DNA of 64,000 nt from Nitrospirota bacterium (GCA_029858565.1 JAOUEV010000001.1:107420-171419), one strand, 5' to 3'. Shown: positions 21,949-34,488, numbered from the stretch's first letter. The notes: generated from the sequence alone by a model not told the origin. A program made the numbers and translations.

Positions 21949-23223
21949 ATGAAGGTAACGATCGAGGACATCAGTTCAGTAAAGAAAAAGCTGCATATTC
22001 AGGTGCTGCCCGACGCGATCGCGCGGGAGACGGAAAAGGCCGTGGCCGATATCGCCAAGAAGGCCAAGATCCCGGGATTTCGCCCGGGCAAGGCGCCCAA
22101 GGCCGTGGTGGAGCGTCACTACCAGATGGAGATCCATTCGGACGTCATGAACCGGCTCATCTCCGAATCCTATCTGCAGGCGGTGCAGGAGAACAATCTG
22201 CATCCCGTGGAGATGCCGAACATCACGAACATCTCCCCGCTCGAGAAGGATTCGCCGCTCAATTTCACGGCGATGGTCGAGGTCCGGCCGCAGATAGACC
22301 TCAAGCCCTATGAAGGCATTGAAGTGAAGGAAACGCCGGTCACCGTTACCGACGAGGATGTCACGGCCACCATCGACCGTCTCCGGGAGATGTACGCGAA
22401 CCTCGAGGTCGTGGAAGGCCAGGATCTCGGCAAGGACCACACGGCGATCATCGATTTCGAAGGGTTCCATGAAGGGAAGCCGATCGAGGGCGCCAAGGCG
22501 CAGGACCACATGCTGGCGCTCGGCACGGGAAGCCTGATTCCCGGGTTCGAGGAGCAGCTGGTCGGCATGAAGAAGGCCGAACAGCGCGAGATCAGCGTGA
22601 CCTTCCCCGGCGACTATCACGACAAGAACATCGCCGGCAAGGCTGCGAAGTTCAACGTGACCCTGAAAGAGGTCAAGAAAAAGGTCCTGCCCGAGCTGAA
22701 TGACGAGTTCGCCAAGGACATCGGCGAGCACAAGAACGTCGACGAACTGAAGACGCGCATCCGCGAGGACCTCGAGATCCGCAAGAAGAACGAGCGGGCA
22801 TCAGGCCAGCGCGAGGAGCTCATGGCCAAGCTGGTCGATGCCTACACGTTCGATGTTCCCGGCGGCATGGTGGAGCGGGAAATGATGTCCATGGCCCGTT
22901 CCCAGGCAATGCGTCTGGCGCGGCAGGGCATGGACCTCAAGACCTTCGATATCAAGGCCTTCCGCGAGAAGAACCACGACCTGGCCGTGAAACGCGTGAA
23001 AGGGAGCCTTCTGCTGGACCTGATCGCGGAGAAGGAAAAGATCCAGGTATCGGAGAACGAGGTGAACGCGGCCCTCGCGGCTGCAGCGCAGAGCACGGGC
23101 CAGAAGATCGAGGCTGTCAAGAAGTATTACGAGGAACAGGAAGGCGGCCTGGAGAACCTCGAGATCTCCCTGCTCCATGAGAAGACCCTCACGCTCTTGC
23201 TTTCAAAGGCGAAGAAGGTATAA
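21949..23223 (+). CDS. tig: trigger factor
   Basis: 424 aa; ribosome-binding GFRPGKxP motif; FKBP-like middle domain. Confidence 0.95.
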   Translation: MKVTIEDISSVKKKLHIQVLPDAIARETEKAVADIAKKAKIPGFRPGKAPKAVVERHYQMEIHSDVMNRLISESYLQAVQENNLHPVEMPNITNISPLEKDSPLNFTAMVEVRPQIDLKPYEGIEVKETPVTVTDEDVTATIDRLREMYANLEVVEGQDLGKDHTAIIDFEGFHEGKPIEGAKAQDHMLALGTGSLIPGFEEQLVGMKKAEQREISVTFPGDYHDKNIAGKAAKFNVTLKEVKKKVLPELNDEFAKDIGEHKNVDELKTRIREDLEIRKKNERASGQREELMAKLVDAYTFDVPGGMVEREMMSMARSQAMRLARQGMDLKTFDIKAFREKNHDLAVKRVKGSLLLDLIAEKEKIQVSENEVNAALAAAAQSTGQKIEAVKKYYEEQEGGLENLEISLLHEKTLTLLLSKAKKV

Positions 23224-23265
23224 AATAGAACCAGCGGAAAAGACTGAACCTGACAGGAGAATTAC

Positions 23266-23871
<606 letters not shown>

Positions 23872-23876
23872 CCGCA

Positions 23877-25118
<1,242 letters not shown>

Positions 25119-25239
25119 GGGCGCAGGAATAGTCATTAAGTAACCATGTTATCAAGAGATTGAGGCGAGTCTTCAATCTCTTTTTTTTCACACCTTCAGT
25201 TCATGAGGAACGGAGAAAGCAGGACCAGAAAAGAGCTTG

Positions 25240-25336
25240 TCTCGCGCAAAGCCGCAAAGAACGCAAAGGAAATCCAAGAGCCATAGCTGCAGCAATTTAT
25301 TGACTTTCTTTGCGGCTTGGCGCCTTTGCGCGAAGA
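25240..25336. repeat. palindromic intergenic element copy B (TCTCGCGCAAAGCCGCAAAGAACGCAAAGG ... CTTTGCGGCTTGGCGCCTTTGCGCGAAGA)
   Basis: about 30-nt inverted arms around a 35-nt loop; spurious ORFs on both strands translate the repeat (FFAAWRLCAKK). Confidence 0.7.
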
Positions 25337-25363
25337 AGTCTTATCTTCTCGGTACGGTATGTT

Positions 25364-25957
25364 ATGAAAATCCTTTCCGCCGAATTCGTGACCAGCGCTG
25401 TAAAGCCCCATCAGTTTCCCAAGGACGGGAAGCCGCAGGTGGCTTTCGCGGGCCGGTCGAACGTCGGCAAGTCATCCATCATCAATGCGCTGCTGAACCG
25501 GAAGAACCTGGTCAAGACCAGCTCCACTCCGGGCAAGACCCAGCTCATCAATTTCTTCCTGATCAACGATAACTTCTACTGCGTGGACCTTCCGGGGTAC
25601 GGCTTCGCCCGGGCGCCCCGGAACGTTGTGGACCAATGGGCGCCCATGATCGAGGGGTATATCCGGGAAAGCGCCCAGCTTCGTCTGGTGGTCGTTCTGC
25701 TGGACAGCCGCAGAAAGCCTGATGAACGCGATGCCCGCCTGGTCGAATGGCTCCGCCACTATGACGTTCCGGCGCTGTATATCCTCACCAAGTCCGACAA
25801 GCTGAAGCGCATGGAAGCGGCCAAGGCGCAGCGGGAGATCCCGGCGGTCCTGGAACTTGACGCGAAACCGCGGCTCACGTCCGCAAAGAGCGGGCAGGGG
25901 ATCGTGGAACTGAAGAACGAGATCGCCAGGATACTGAACACACCTGCTTTGTCGTAA
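25364..25957 (+). CDS. engB: ribosome biogenesis GTP-binding protein YihA/EngB
   Basis: G1 GRSNVGKSS, G3 DLPGYG, G4 TKSDK; start at MKILSAEF. Confidence 0.85.
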   Translation: MKILSAEFVTSAVKPHQFPKDGKPQVAFAGRSNVGKSSIINALLNRKNLVKTSSTPGKTQLINFFLINDNFYCVDLPGYGFARAPRNVVDQWAPMIEGYIRESAQLRLVVVLLDSRRKPDERDARLVEWLRHYDVPALYILTKSDKLKRMEAAKAQREIPAVLELDAKPRLTSAKSGQGIVELKNEIARILNTPALS

Positions 25958-26069
25958 GTTAGGGCCCCTTTTTCTGCGCACCGGTATTTCAAAATCCTGC
26001 ATCTTGATTCTTTTTCCCGGCTCCTGTATCCTATATTCTGTCTTCTGACTCCTGAATTTGGAGGGTCAC

Positions 26070-27596
26070 ATGGAATTCATCAAGGACCTCGTCGGATCGC
26101 TCTTCTGGGCGACCGTGATCAGCCTGTCGCTCCTGGTGAGCGGGATCGTTTCCACCGGTTTTCTGGCGAAGAAATCCAAGCTCCTGAAGCCGATCGGAGC
26201 GGGGCTCAAGCTCATCGTGCTGTTCGTCGCTGTCCAGGCGTTCATATACCTGGGAGCGGCGGAAGTATATCCCCGGTTTTCCCGTCATCTGAACTTCTAT
26301 TCCTGGGTCATCTTCTCCTTCGCGGTCCTGCGTCTCGCGCTCTACATGTACGGCGATCTGTTCGTGGTGCGGTGGAAAAAGGGGAGCTTTCCGGCGGCCT
26401 TCAAGAACATCATCACGGTCTTTGTCCTGGTCATCGCGGTGCTGGTGCTGCTGAAGGAGATCCTGGACATCAATGTCACATCGCTGATCGCCACGACCAC
26501 GGTGCTGACCGCAACCATCGGTCTGGCCTTCCAGAGCACGCTGGCGAACATGCTCGCCGGTCTCACGATCCACCTGGAAAAACCGCTGAAGCAGGGCGAC
26601 TGGATCCAGGCGGGCGGCCATGAGGGACATGTGCTCGATATCACGCTCCGGTCCACGCGCATGATGACCGTGGACAACAACGAGGTCTTTATTCCGAACA
26701 GCAAGGTGCTGTCCGAGGCCGTGGTGAACTACAGCCTCCCCGACGCGGCGAGCGTGCGCAAGCTGTCGATCGGCGTTGCCTACAGCATTCCGCCGAACAC
26801 CGTGCGGAAGGCGGTCCTGGACGTGCTCTCGACGATCCCGGGCGTGGCGCATCAACCGCCGTCCCTGGTGCGCGTGCTGAGCTACGGGGACTTCTCGGTC
26901 CAGTACGAGATCCGCTTCTCCCTTATGGATTTCGGGAAGCACGTGGATGTCGAGGCGGAGATCATGAACCTTCTGTGGTACCGGTTCCGCAGGGACCGCA
27001 TCGACATACCATTCCCGATCCGCCATGTCACTATGACCCAGTTGACGCCGGAGAGCATCAAGGCCGACCATGAGCACCACGTTGCGGGTGTGCTGAAATT
27101 GATGGAAAAGGTGGACATCATGTCGGCCCTGTCCGCTGCAGAGCTGCGGAATCTTGTTGAAGCGGTGCAGGTCAAGGCCTATGCGTCGGGCGAGTGCCCC
27201 GTGCGGCAGGGCGATGCCGGTGACTCCTTCTATATCATCAAGAAGGGGACCGTGGACGTGATCGTGGAAAAGACGCCGGGCGACGGGATGGTGGTGGCGA
27301 CCCTGGGTGCGGGCAATTTCTTCGGGGAAATGAGCCTGCTGACGGGAGCCGTGCGTACCGCAAGCATCCGTGTCAAGGACGACGCGGAGTTCATCGTCAT
27401 CGACCGGGAGAACTTCCGGACGGTCCTGGTGCATAATCCCTCGATCGCCGAGTCCCTGAGCCACATCCTGGCAGAGCGCCAGGCAAGCCTTGATGCTCAG
27501 CGCGAAAAGCTCGACAGCGCGACCGTGGCCCGGCGGAAACAGGACGCCTCCGGCAAGATGCTGCACAATATCAGGCACTTTTTCGGCCTCCATTGA
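26070..27596 (+). CDS. MscS-family mechanosensitive channel with C-terminal cyclic-nucleotide-binding domain
   Basis: 5 N-terminal TM helices, MscS beta-domain, C-terminal cNMP-binding motif (FGEMSLLTGAVRTASIRV); GGAGGG SD before ATG 26070. Confidence 0.8.
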   Translation: MEFIKDLVGSLFWATVISLSLLVSGIVSTGFLAKKSKLLKPIGAGLKLIVLFVAVQAFIYLGAAEVYPRFSRHLNFYSWVIFSFAVLRLALYMYGDLFVVRWKKGSFPAAFKNIITVFVLVIAVLVLLKEILDINVTSLIATTTVLTATIGLAFQSTLANMLAGLTIHLEKPLKQGDWIQAGGHEGHVLDITLRSTRMMTVDNNEVFIPNSKVLSEAVVNYSLPDAASVRKLSIGVAYSIPPNTVRKAVLDVLSTIPGVAHQPPSLVRVLSYGDFSVQYEIRFSLMDFGKHVDVEAEIMNLLWYRFRRDRIDIPFPIRHVTMTQLTPESIKADHEHHVAGVLKLMEKVDIMSALSAAELRNLVEAVQVKAYASGECPVRQGDAGDSFYIIKKGTVDVIVEKTPGDGMVVATLGAGNFFGEMSLLTGAVRTASIRVKDDAEFIVIDRENFRTVLVHNPSIAESLSHILAERQASLDAQREKLDSATVARRKQDASGKMLHNIRHFFGLH

Positions 27597-27680
27597 GGCC
27601 GGACAACAGGCGGACATTATTTCACGGTCACTTGATTTGTTCGTTGACTCTCCGGAAAATCCCATTATAATGAACGAATT

Positions 27681-29093
27681 ATGAGGGAACTGACGAGAGG
27701 CGAAGACTTCTACGACGGGAACGCACTGCTGGGCGATCCCGTGCACGGATATATTTCCTTCACCACTCCGCGGCCGGATGTTCCCGAAAAAACGGAAAAA
27801 GACCTGATCGATACGGCGTGGATGCAGCGGCTCCGGCAGATCTATCAGCTTCAGAGCGCGCGCTGGGTCTATCCATCGGCCGAGCACAGCCGCTTCCAGC
27901 ACTCCCTTGGCGCCATGCATCTTGCGGGCCGCTTCGCCCGCCATCTCTATCCGTCCCTCAGGGCGGCGGTCCCCGACTGCCCGTCCGCCAACTTCATCGA
28001 GGAACTTCTCCGCGTTGCCGCTCTGCTGCACGATGTCGGCCACGGTCCGTTCGGCCATTTCTTTGATGACAATTTTCTCGAACATTTCGGCCTCACCCAC
28101 GAGAAGCTCGGCCAGCTGATCATCAGGAACGAGCTGGGGTCCATCCTCCGCGAGATCAAGAGGAGCCCGTCGGGCGAGTTCGCCAAGCGGGAGCGCCTCG
28201 ATCCGGACCAGATCGCCTTCCTCATCGGCAAAGGCGCGACGGCCGTGTCAAAGCAGCCCCGCTGGCTCACCTTCCTCCAGCCCATGCTCTCGGGCATCTA
28301 CACGGTGGACAACCTGGACTATGTGCTGCGGGACGCGTATATGTGCGGCGTGGCCGTGGGGCCCGTGGACATCGACCGGCTGATGTACTACACCTTCTTC
28401 ACCGACAAGGGACTGACGCTTCACAAGTCCGGCCTGTCGGCGCTGAACATGTTCCTGAACGCCCGGCTGTACATGTACACCAACGTCTACTACCATCGCA
28501 CCACGCGGGCCATTGACCAGCACTTGAAGGAGCTGTTCAAGGACACTATGGCCGCGCTCTTTCCGTACAACCCCGCCGAGAACCTTGGGGCCTACCTTGA
28601 TCTGACCGACTGGTCGTTGCTCGAAGCGGTCCGGAAATGGGGCAAGGAAAGCGATGGAGCAACGACAAAGCTGGGTGCTGAATGGGCCACAATCCTGGCC
28701 CGTGAAGTAAAATGGAAGATGGCCTACGATGTAACCCTGTCGATGCGGTACTTTGCCAAGGGGAACACGCTCATCGAGGCCCCCGAGATGGTCAAGCGGG
28801 TGCGGAAAAAGCTTCCCGAAAAGCTCAAAGACCTTCAGTTCTGCGTGGACATGGCGAGCCAGGACCCGCGCCCCATCAACCCCCTCATGATGGGCGAGCG
28901 CCAGATCCACGTGTTCAATCCCTCGACCCGGAAGGTCGAGAAGGAACCGCTCAAGGATTTTTTCGACTACATCCCGGCGCGGGTCGTCCAATGCCGCGTC
29001 TTCACGCTCAACCACGACCACGATCTTCTGCTTGCCGACATCGTGGAGCAGGTCCTGGGGATCCAGGAAGACAGCATCAAGACGAACGTGTGA
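27681..29093 (+). CDS. HD-domain phosphohydrolase, dNTP triphosphohydrolase-like (COG1078/SAMHD1-like)
   Basis: HD motif HSRFQHSLG...LLHDVGHGPFGH...D; 470 aa. Confidence 0.75.
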   Translation: MRELTRGEDFYDGNALLGDPVHGYISFTTPRPDVPEKTEKDLIDTAWMQRLRQIYQLQSARWVYPSAEHSRFQHSLGAMHLAGRFARHLYPSLRAAVPDCPSANFIEELLRVAALLHDVGHGPFGHFFDDNFLEHFGLTHEKLGQLIIRNELGSILREIKRSPSGEFAKRERLDPDQIAFLIGKGATAVSKQPRWLTFLQPMLSGIYTVDNLDYVLRDAYMCGVAVGPVDIDRLMYYTFFTDKGLTLHKSGLSALNMFLNARLYMYTNVYYHRTTRAIDQHLKELFKDTMAALFPYNPAENLGAYLDLTDWSLLEAVRKWGKESDGATTKLGAEWATILAREVKWKMAYDVTLSMRYFAKGNTLIEAPEMVKRVRKKLPEKLKDLQFCVDMASQDPRPINPLMMGERQIHVFNPSTRKVEKEPLKDFFDYIPARVVQCRVFTLNHDHDLLLADIVEQVLGIQEDSIKTNV

Positions 29094-29145
29094 TCACGCA
29101 GCAGGCTCTTCCCCGAGCGGCTTGTCCGCAGGGCGCGGGCCGACG

Positions 29146-30663
29146 ATGTCTCTGTTCGTGAAGCCCATGAAGACCAAGGCCAGAAATATCATTGCAGGAA
29201 CGGTTCTCGCCGCTTCCCTCGTTTGGACGGCAGACGCGGTCCTGGACTCGATCGTCCATCATGACGGGACCTTCAGTGACCTGTTCGCTGGAAATGTCCC
29301 GATCCACGGCATTGTTTTCCGTATCCTGTTCGCGGCCGTCATCATCGTGGGAGCGTACAGCTACGCGAAGGTCAGGGAAAAGCGGGTGATCAGCACGGAT
29401 GAACTGCAGCGGCACCTTGCCGCGGTCGAGGCCTCCATGGACGGGGTCGCCATTTACGACAAGAACGGCAACTATCTCTATGTAAACGAGGCTTACGCGC
29501 GGATCAACGGGTATAAAGGGACAAGAGAGGTTATCGGCAAGAACTTCAGGCTGGTCTACGGTGATAATCAGCGGGAATGGATGGAGCGGAATATCCCTCC
29601 TGAACTCGAACGGACCGGGAAGTGGCATGGAGAACTGCTGGCCCAACGGAAGGATGGGACAGCATATATCCAGGAAGTATCGGTATCGCGCCTCCCTGAC
29701 GGCGGCCGGATCTGCATCATCAGGGACATCACCGACCGAAAACAGCGCGAAGAGGCGCTCAAGCGCTCCGAGCGTCTCCTGAACAGCATCTTCGCAAGCA
29801 TCCACGATCCCTTCTGCGTTCTTGACGAGAGCTATCGGATCATCAAGGCGAACAAGGCCTACGCTGAGCTCAAGGAAAAGAGCCTTTCCGACATCCTCGA
29901 CCATGCGTGCTACAAGACGCTGGAAGGGAAGAACGAGGTCTGTGACGGCTGCGTGATACGGAAGACCTTCCAGTCGGGCGATCCCTGCGCCAAGGAAAAG
30001 AAGGTCACCCTTCGTTCGGGCGAGACGCTCTGGCTCGAGATATTCACCTATCCGATAACCGACGAGCAGGGGAAAACGATCCAGGTGATCGAATATACCC
30101 GCGACGTGACCGACCGGAAAAAATCCGACGATGACCGCAAGCGGCTCATCGACCGTCTCGAGATCCTGTCAAGCGTTGACGGGCTGACCGGTCTGCTCAA
30201 CCGGAGGGCACTGACCGAGCAGCTAACTTACGAGATCGACAGAGCCCGGAGATACGGGTCCGCCCTCTCGATCATTCTGTGCGACATGGACAATCTAAAG
30301 GAGATCAACGACCGGCATGGACACCTTGCGGGCGATATGGCGATCCAGATGGTATCGGCAACGCTCAGGAATGTCCTCCGGAGCGTGGATATCGCGGGAC
30401 GGTACGGAGGCGATGAGTTCCTGCTGATCGTTCCCGAGACCCAGATCGAAGGTGTCCGGAGTCTCGCAGAGAAGATACGAGAAGCGATCCAGCGGACCGA
30501 GATCCGCGTTGATAAGGAAAAGACCTTGGCCATGTCGCTCAGCATGGGCATCGCGACCCTGGCCTCGCTGCCCGAGGATGTCGACGGGCTTATATCCCGC
30601 GTGGATACGGCGTTGTATAACTCCAAGCATTCCGGCAGGAACCGCATATCGGTGGCCGAGTAG
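29146..30663 (+). CDS. PAS/PAC sensor diguanylate cyclase (GGDEF)
   Basis: N-terminal TM segment, two PAS-like regions, GGDEF active site RYGGDEFLLIV with I-site RxxD. Confidence 0.85.
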   Translation: MSLFVKPMKTKARNIIAGTVLAASLVWTADAVLDSIVHHDGTFSDLFAGNVPIHGIVFRILFAAVIIVGAYSYAKVREKRVISTDELQRHLAAVEASMDGVAIYDKNGNYLYVNEAYARINGYKGTREVIGKNFRLVYGDNQREWMERNIPPELERTGKWHGELLAQRKDGTAYIQEVSVSRLPDGGRICIIRDITDRKQREEALKRSERLLNSIFASIHDPFCVLDESYRIIKANKAYAELKEKSLSDILDHACYKTLEGKNEVCDGCVIRKTFQSGDPCAKEKKVTLRSGETLWLEIFTYPITDEQGKTIQVIEYTRDVTDRKKSDDDRKRLIDRLEILSSVDGLTGLLNRRALTEQLTYEIDRARRYGSALSIILCDMDNLKEINDRHGHLAGDMAIQMVSATLRNVLRSVDIAGRYGGDEFLLIVPETQIEGVRSLAEKIREAIQRTEIRVDKEKTLAMSLSMGIATLASLPEDVDGLISRVDTALYNSKHSGRNRISVAE

Positions 30664-30753
30664 GCATGGTTATCACCGGGAGTACGGCACTTGCTAGGCA
30701 GCATGGCTGATCGCTGGTTATTTTTTGTCAGGACCAGTGAATCGGCCAGGAAC

Positions 30754-30793
30754 AGAAGCGGGCTCTTGAAAAAGAGCCCGCTTCTGTGTTTGT
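30754..30793 (+). terminator. Rho-independent terminator AGAAGCGGGCTCTT-GAAAA-AGAGCCCGCTTCT then GTGTTTGT
   Basis: perfect 14-bp stem, 5-nt loop, T-rich tail; 90 nt after the GGDEF gene stop. Confidence 0.65.
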
Positions 30794-30855
30794 ACCGCGG
30801 ATTAAGCTTTCTAGGTCAGGCAGGCTATGCGAGAGAGCTCCTGTCAGTCTTAGTT

Positions 30856-32685
30856 CTATGGCACATAGAGCGCCTTCACCATGCTGACAATGGCCTTCCA
30901 GGAGATTCCCTCGTAGTCCAGCAGTTCACCGGATTTCCCGCTCCTGGGAATACTTCTGATCGCAAGGGAATGGATCGGCACGGGACGTTTTGAAAGGGTT
31001 GCCCGCACAGCATCGGCGATGCCGCCCTCGGGAACATGGTCTTCCACAACGATGATGCATCCTGTGTCGTCCGCCGCCTGTCTGATCGTCGCGATGTCGA
31101 CCGGTTTGACGCTGTAAAGGTCGATCACGCGGATGTATATATCCTCCTTTTTCAGCTCTTCATAGGCCTTCAGCGCCTCATGGACCGTAATGCCGGCTGC
31201 GACTATCGTCGCCATATCCCCTGAGTTCGACCGCAGGACCTTGCTGCCGCCTATCCAGAAAGCTTCGTCGTTGCGATATAAAACCGCGGTAGGATTGCGC
31301 GTTGTCCTGAGATAGCTGATGCCGGTGAATTGCGCCATCAGTTCCGTCAGTTTTTCCGCGGACACGGCGTCCGAGGGATAGAGCACCACGCTCCGCTGGA
31401 CGCTTCTGAACATGGCCAGGTCCTCCAGCCCCATCTGGGAGGAGCCGTCCTCGCCGATCGACACGCCGGCGTGGGATCCGCAGAACTTGATGTTCCCGTT
31501 GGAATAGGCTGCCATGCGCACCTGGTCAAAAGCACGGGTAAAGAAAGCCGCAAAGGTGGATACAAAGGGGGTCTTGCCCCGGAGAGCCATACCGAGCGCG
31601 GCGCCTACCATATTCTGTTCAGCAATGAACATTTCAAAGAACCGCTCGGGATGTTTTGCCTTGAACAGCTCTGCATAGGTCGAATTGCTCACCTCGCCGT
31701 CAAGGACCGCCAGATCGGGATACTGCACTGCAAGGCGCGCCAGGGCCGTGCCATAGGCATAGCGCGTCGCGATCGGTTTGTCAGGATCATAGAGCGATGC
31801 CGGGGCCTTGATACTTTGCTGGTATGCCGGTCTCTCGTTGTCGGGCTTTGTCAGTGAACCGTGAACCGACTTGTCCACGGGCCCCAGCTCTTTGAGCGCC
31901 AGCTCCAGTTCATCCGAATTCAGCGCTTTGCCATGCCAGCCGTTCTTGTTCTCTATGAAAGAGACGCCCTTTCCCTTGATGGTCCGTGCGATGATCATGC
32001 AGGGCTTGTCGCCGGACTTCATTGCCTGGCCATAGGCGGTCTTGATGAGATAAGGGTCATGGCCGTCGATCTCAACCGCCAGCCAGCCGAATGCTTCTGC
32101 CCGCTTTCGGTAGATATCAAGAGCATGTCCGTACATGGTCTCTCCCCGCTGACCGAGCCGGTTCACATCCACGATCGCCGTGAGGTTCCCGAGCTTATAG
32201 TAGGAAGCGATCGCCATGGCCTCCCAGACCGATCCTTCGGCCATTTCGCCGTCACCCAGAAGCACATAGGTGCGGTAGGGGAGCTTGTCGAGGAACTTCG
32301 CGTTCAGCGCCATGCCTACGCCGATCGACAGACCCTGTCCAAGCGAGCCGGTGGCGGCTTCTGTATACCTGAACGCGGGCGTAGGATGGCCTTCCAAAGG
32401 ACTTCCGAACTTCCTGAGGCTCATAAGTTCATCGTCGGTGACAGCGCCTGCCGCTGCCCAGAGCGCGTAAAACAGCGGGGAAGCGTGGCCTTTTGAAAAA
32501 ATGAGCCTGTCGTTGTTGGGATGGCCGGGATCGTCAAGGTCATAGCTGAAGATGCCGCTGAAGAGAAGCACGGTCATCAGGTCGGCCGCTGAAAGGGAGG
32601 ATGTGGGATGGCCGGAACCGGCCCTGGTCGTCGAGACCAGGATATTATAACGGATCAATTTTGCGAGTGCTGATAGATCGTTCAC
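30856..32685 (-). CDS. tkt: transketolase
   Basis: 609 aa; TPP-binding GDG motif (LLGDGEMAEG), SGHPTSS N-terminal motif. Confidence 0.95.
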   Translation of the reverse strand: MNDLSALAKLIRYNILVSTTRAGSGHPTSSLSAADLMTVLLFSGIFSYDLDDPGHPNNDRLIFSKGHASPLFYALWAAAGAVTDDELMSLRKFGSPLEGHPTPAFRYTEAATGSLGQGLSIGVGMALNAKFLDKLPYRTYVLLGDGEMAEGSVWEAMAIASYYKLGNLTAIVDVNRLGQRGETMYGHALDIYRKRAEAFGWLAVEIDGHDPYLIKTAYGQAMKSGDKPCMIIARTIKGKGVSFIENKNGWHGKALNSDELELALKELGPVDKSVHGSLTKPDNERPAYQQSIKAPASLYDPDKPIATRYAYGTALARLAVQYPDLAVLDGEVSNSTYAELFKAKHPERFFEMFIAEQNMVGAALGMALRGKTPFVSTFAAFFTRAFDQVRMAAYSNGNIKFCGSHAGVSIGEDGSSQMGLEDLAMFRSVQRSVVLYPSDAVSAEKLTELMAQFTGISYLRTTRNPTAVLYRNDEAFWIGGSKVLRSNSGDMATIVAAGITVHEALKAYEELKKEDIYIRVIDLYSVKPVDIATIRQAADDTGCIIVVEDHVPEGGIADAVRATLSKRPVPIHSLAIRSIPRSGKSGELLDYEGISWKAIVSMVKALYVP

Positions 32686-32737
32686 AAACTCCTCCTCAAG
32701 AAACCCAGCGTTAGAACGCGGACGTTCTGCTCCCGCA

Positions 32738-33349
32738 CTAGGGCAGCAGGCTTTTTACATCCACCGGCGGCTCGTCCTGGGACCCTTCTCCCTTGGCCTT
32801 GCCTCCGATCTCCAGTCCTGCTTCGCGGTAATAATTGTACCCCGGATACTTGCCCGGCCCGCTGATAAGCAGGTCCTCCTTCTCATACACCAGGTTCGTG
32901 CGGAGATATTCTCCCATCTCGAAGTCCGGCGTGAGCTGGATCGCGCAGGTCGGGCAGGCTTCTTCGCAGTACCCGCAGAAGATGCAGCGGGAGAAATTTA
33001 TCCGAAAGAACTCCGGGTAGCGCCTTCCCATTTGGTCTTCGGTCGCCTGGAGCGAAATGCAGTCCACCGGGCAGGCAACCGCGCAGAGATGACAGGCAAC
33101 GCAACGCTCCCGTCCGTCAGGATCGCGGGAGAGAATGATCCTGCCGCGCCACCGGGGCGCGAGCGTGGAGCGCTCCTCGGGGTACTGGACCGTGATCCGC
33201 TTCCGGAACATGGTCATGAAGACCGTGAGTATGGATCGCAGAATACTAAACATGGTTGTTGACACTGAGGACACTGACAAGGCCTTTGACACAGATAACG
33301 GCGGATAGGAGCCTATGAAAATGCTGGATGAATCTGTTACAAATATCAC
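32738..33349 (-). CDS. nuoI: NADH-quinone oxidoreductase subunit I (2x[4Fe-4S] ferredoxin)
   Basis: two CxxCxxCxxxCP motifs ([24 protein letters not shown]). Confidence 0.9.
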   Translation of the reverse strand: MIFVTDSSSIFIGSYPPLSVSKALSVSSVSTTMFSILRSILTVFMTMFRKRITVQYPEERSTLAPRWRGRIILSRDPDGRERCVACHLCAVACPVDCISLQATEDQMGRRYPEFFRINFSRCIFCGYCEEACPTCAIQLTPDFEMGEYLRTNLVYEKEDLLISGPGKYPGYNYYREAGLEIGGKAKGEGSQDEPPVDVKSLLP

Positions 33350-33389
33350 GCATCTTCATAGCCGTTCTCTGAGTCTTCAGTGTCTACAA

Positions 33390-34343
33390 CTATCCTTTCA
33401 TCAGTATCCATGCACCAGTCAGTAGCAAATTCCCCACCGCCAGAGGCAGGCAGACCTTCCATCCAAAGGACATCAGCTGGTCGTACCTGGGCCGGGGAAG
33501 ACTGGCGCGCAGCAGGATGAACAGACAGATGAAAAAGAACGTCTTGAGCGTGAACCACACCAGCGGCGGCAGCCAGGGGCCGAGCCAGCCGCCGAAGAAC
33601 AGGACCGTGATGAGCGACGAGATCAAGGTGATGCCGAGATATTCGCCGACGAAGAACAGGCCGAACTTGAGGCCCGAGTACTCCGAGTGAAAGCCCGCGA
33701 CCAGTTCGCTTTCCGCCTCGGGCAGGTCAAAGGGCAGGCGGTTGGTCTCCGCGGTCCCGGCGATCAGGAACAGCATGAAGCCGACGAACTGATAGCGGAT
33801 GAACCAGCCGTCCCGCTGGGCTTCGATGATGCGGTTCAGGTCAAAGGACCCGGCGAGCATCACCACGCCCATGAGCGACAGGCCCATGAAGGCTTCGTAC
33901 GAAAGCATCTGGGCTGACGATCGGAGCCCGCCGAGGATCGAGTACTTGCTTCCCGAGGCCCATCCCGCGAGAACGACGCTGTACACGCCAAGTGACGACA
34001 TGGCGAGGAAGAAGAGCAGCCCCATGTTCAATTCCACGACCTGGATGCCCGGAGCAAAAGGCACCACGGCAAAGGACATGAGCGTGACCGTGACGATAAT
34101 GGCCGGCGCCATGATGAAGACCGGTTTGTTCGCGAAAGGCGGGACCCAGTCTTCCTTGAAGAGGACCTTGATCATGTCCGCAACGACCTGGAGCAGGCCG
34201 AAGGGGCCGACGCGGTTCGGGCCGTACCGGTCCTGCCAGAGCGCCAGCAGACGCCGTTCGAGCCAGATCAGCATCCCGCCAACGGCCAGGAGGGTGAAGA
34301 GGACGGCGAAGGAGACCAGTATGTGAGTAAGGCTGTTGCTCAT
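33390..34343 (-). CDS. nuoH: NADH-quinone oxidoreductase subunit H
   Basis: 8 TM helices, NuoH/ND1 signature; start set at MSNSLTHILVSF. Confidence 0.85.
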   Translation of the reverse strand: MSNSLTHILVSFAVLFTLLAVGGMLIWLERRLLALWQDRYGPNRVGPFGLLQVVADMIKVLFKEDWVPPFANKPVFIMAPAIIVTVTLMSFAVVPFAPGIQVVELNMGLLFFLAMSSLGVYSVVLAGWASGSKYSILGGLRSSAQMLSYEAFMGLSLMGVVMLAGSFDLNRIIEAQRDGWFIRYQFVGFMLFLIAGTAETNRLPFDLPEAESELVAGFHSEYSGLKFGLFFVGEYLGITLISSLITVLFFGGWLGPWLPPLVWFTLKTFFFICLFILLRASLPRPRYDQLMSFGWKVCLPLAVGNLLLTGAWILMKG

Positions 34344-34488
34344 GGCAATACGGATAGAACAGAAGGACCATTGATCGCACGAAGGCACGAAGTCACGAAG
34401 AAAGGCAATTTCACTCTCCTGGTCTTGATCAGAGTTGACTCCTCCGTGTCTTCGTGGCTTCGTGCGAGACTGCTTTTGACATCGTCCG

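Noticed and set aside
26031-28100. 689-aa minus-strand ORF opposite the MscS and HD genes
   Set aside because: Antisense to two genes with clear family motifs; composition biased (Arg/Asp/His-rich); no support.
27681-29093. HD-domain protein as an anti-phage dGTPase defence gene
   Set aside because: Motifs fit the broadly housekeeping COG1078/SAMHD1-like dNTPase family rather than Dgt-type defence dGTPases; no other defence genes adjacent.
32690-32760. Terminator after nuoI
   Set aside because: 6-bp hairpin AGAACG-CGGA-CGTTCT not followed by a U-tract on the coding (minus) strand.
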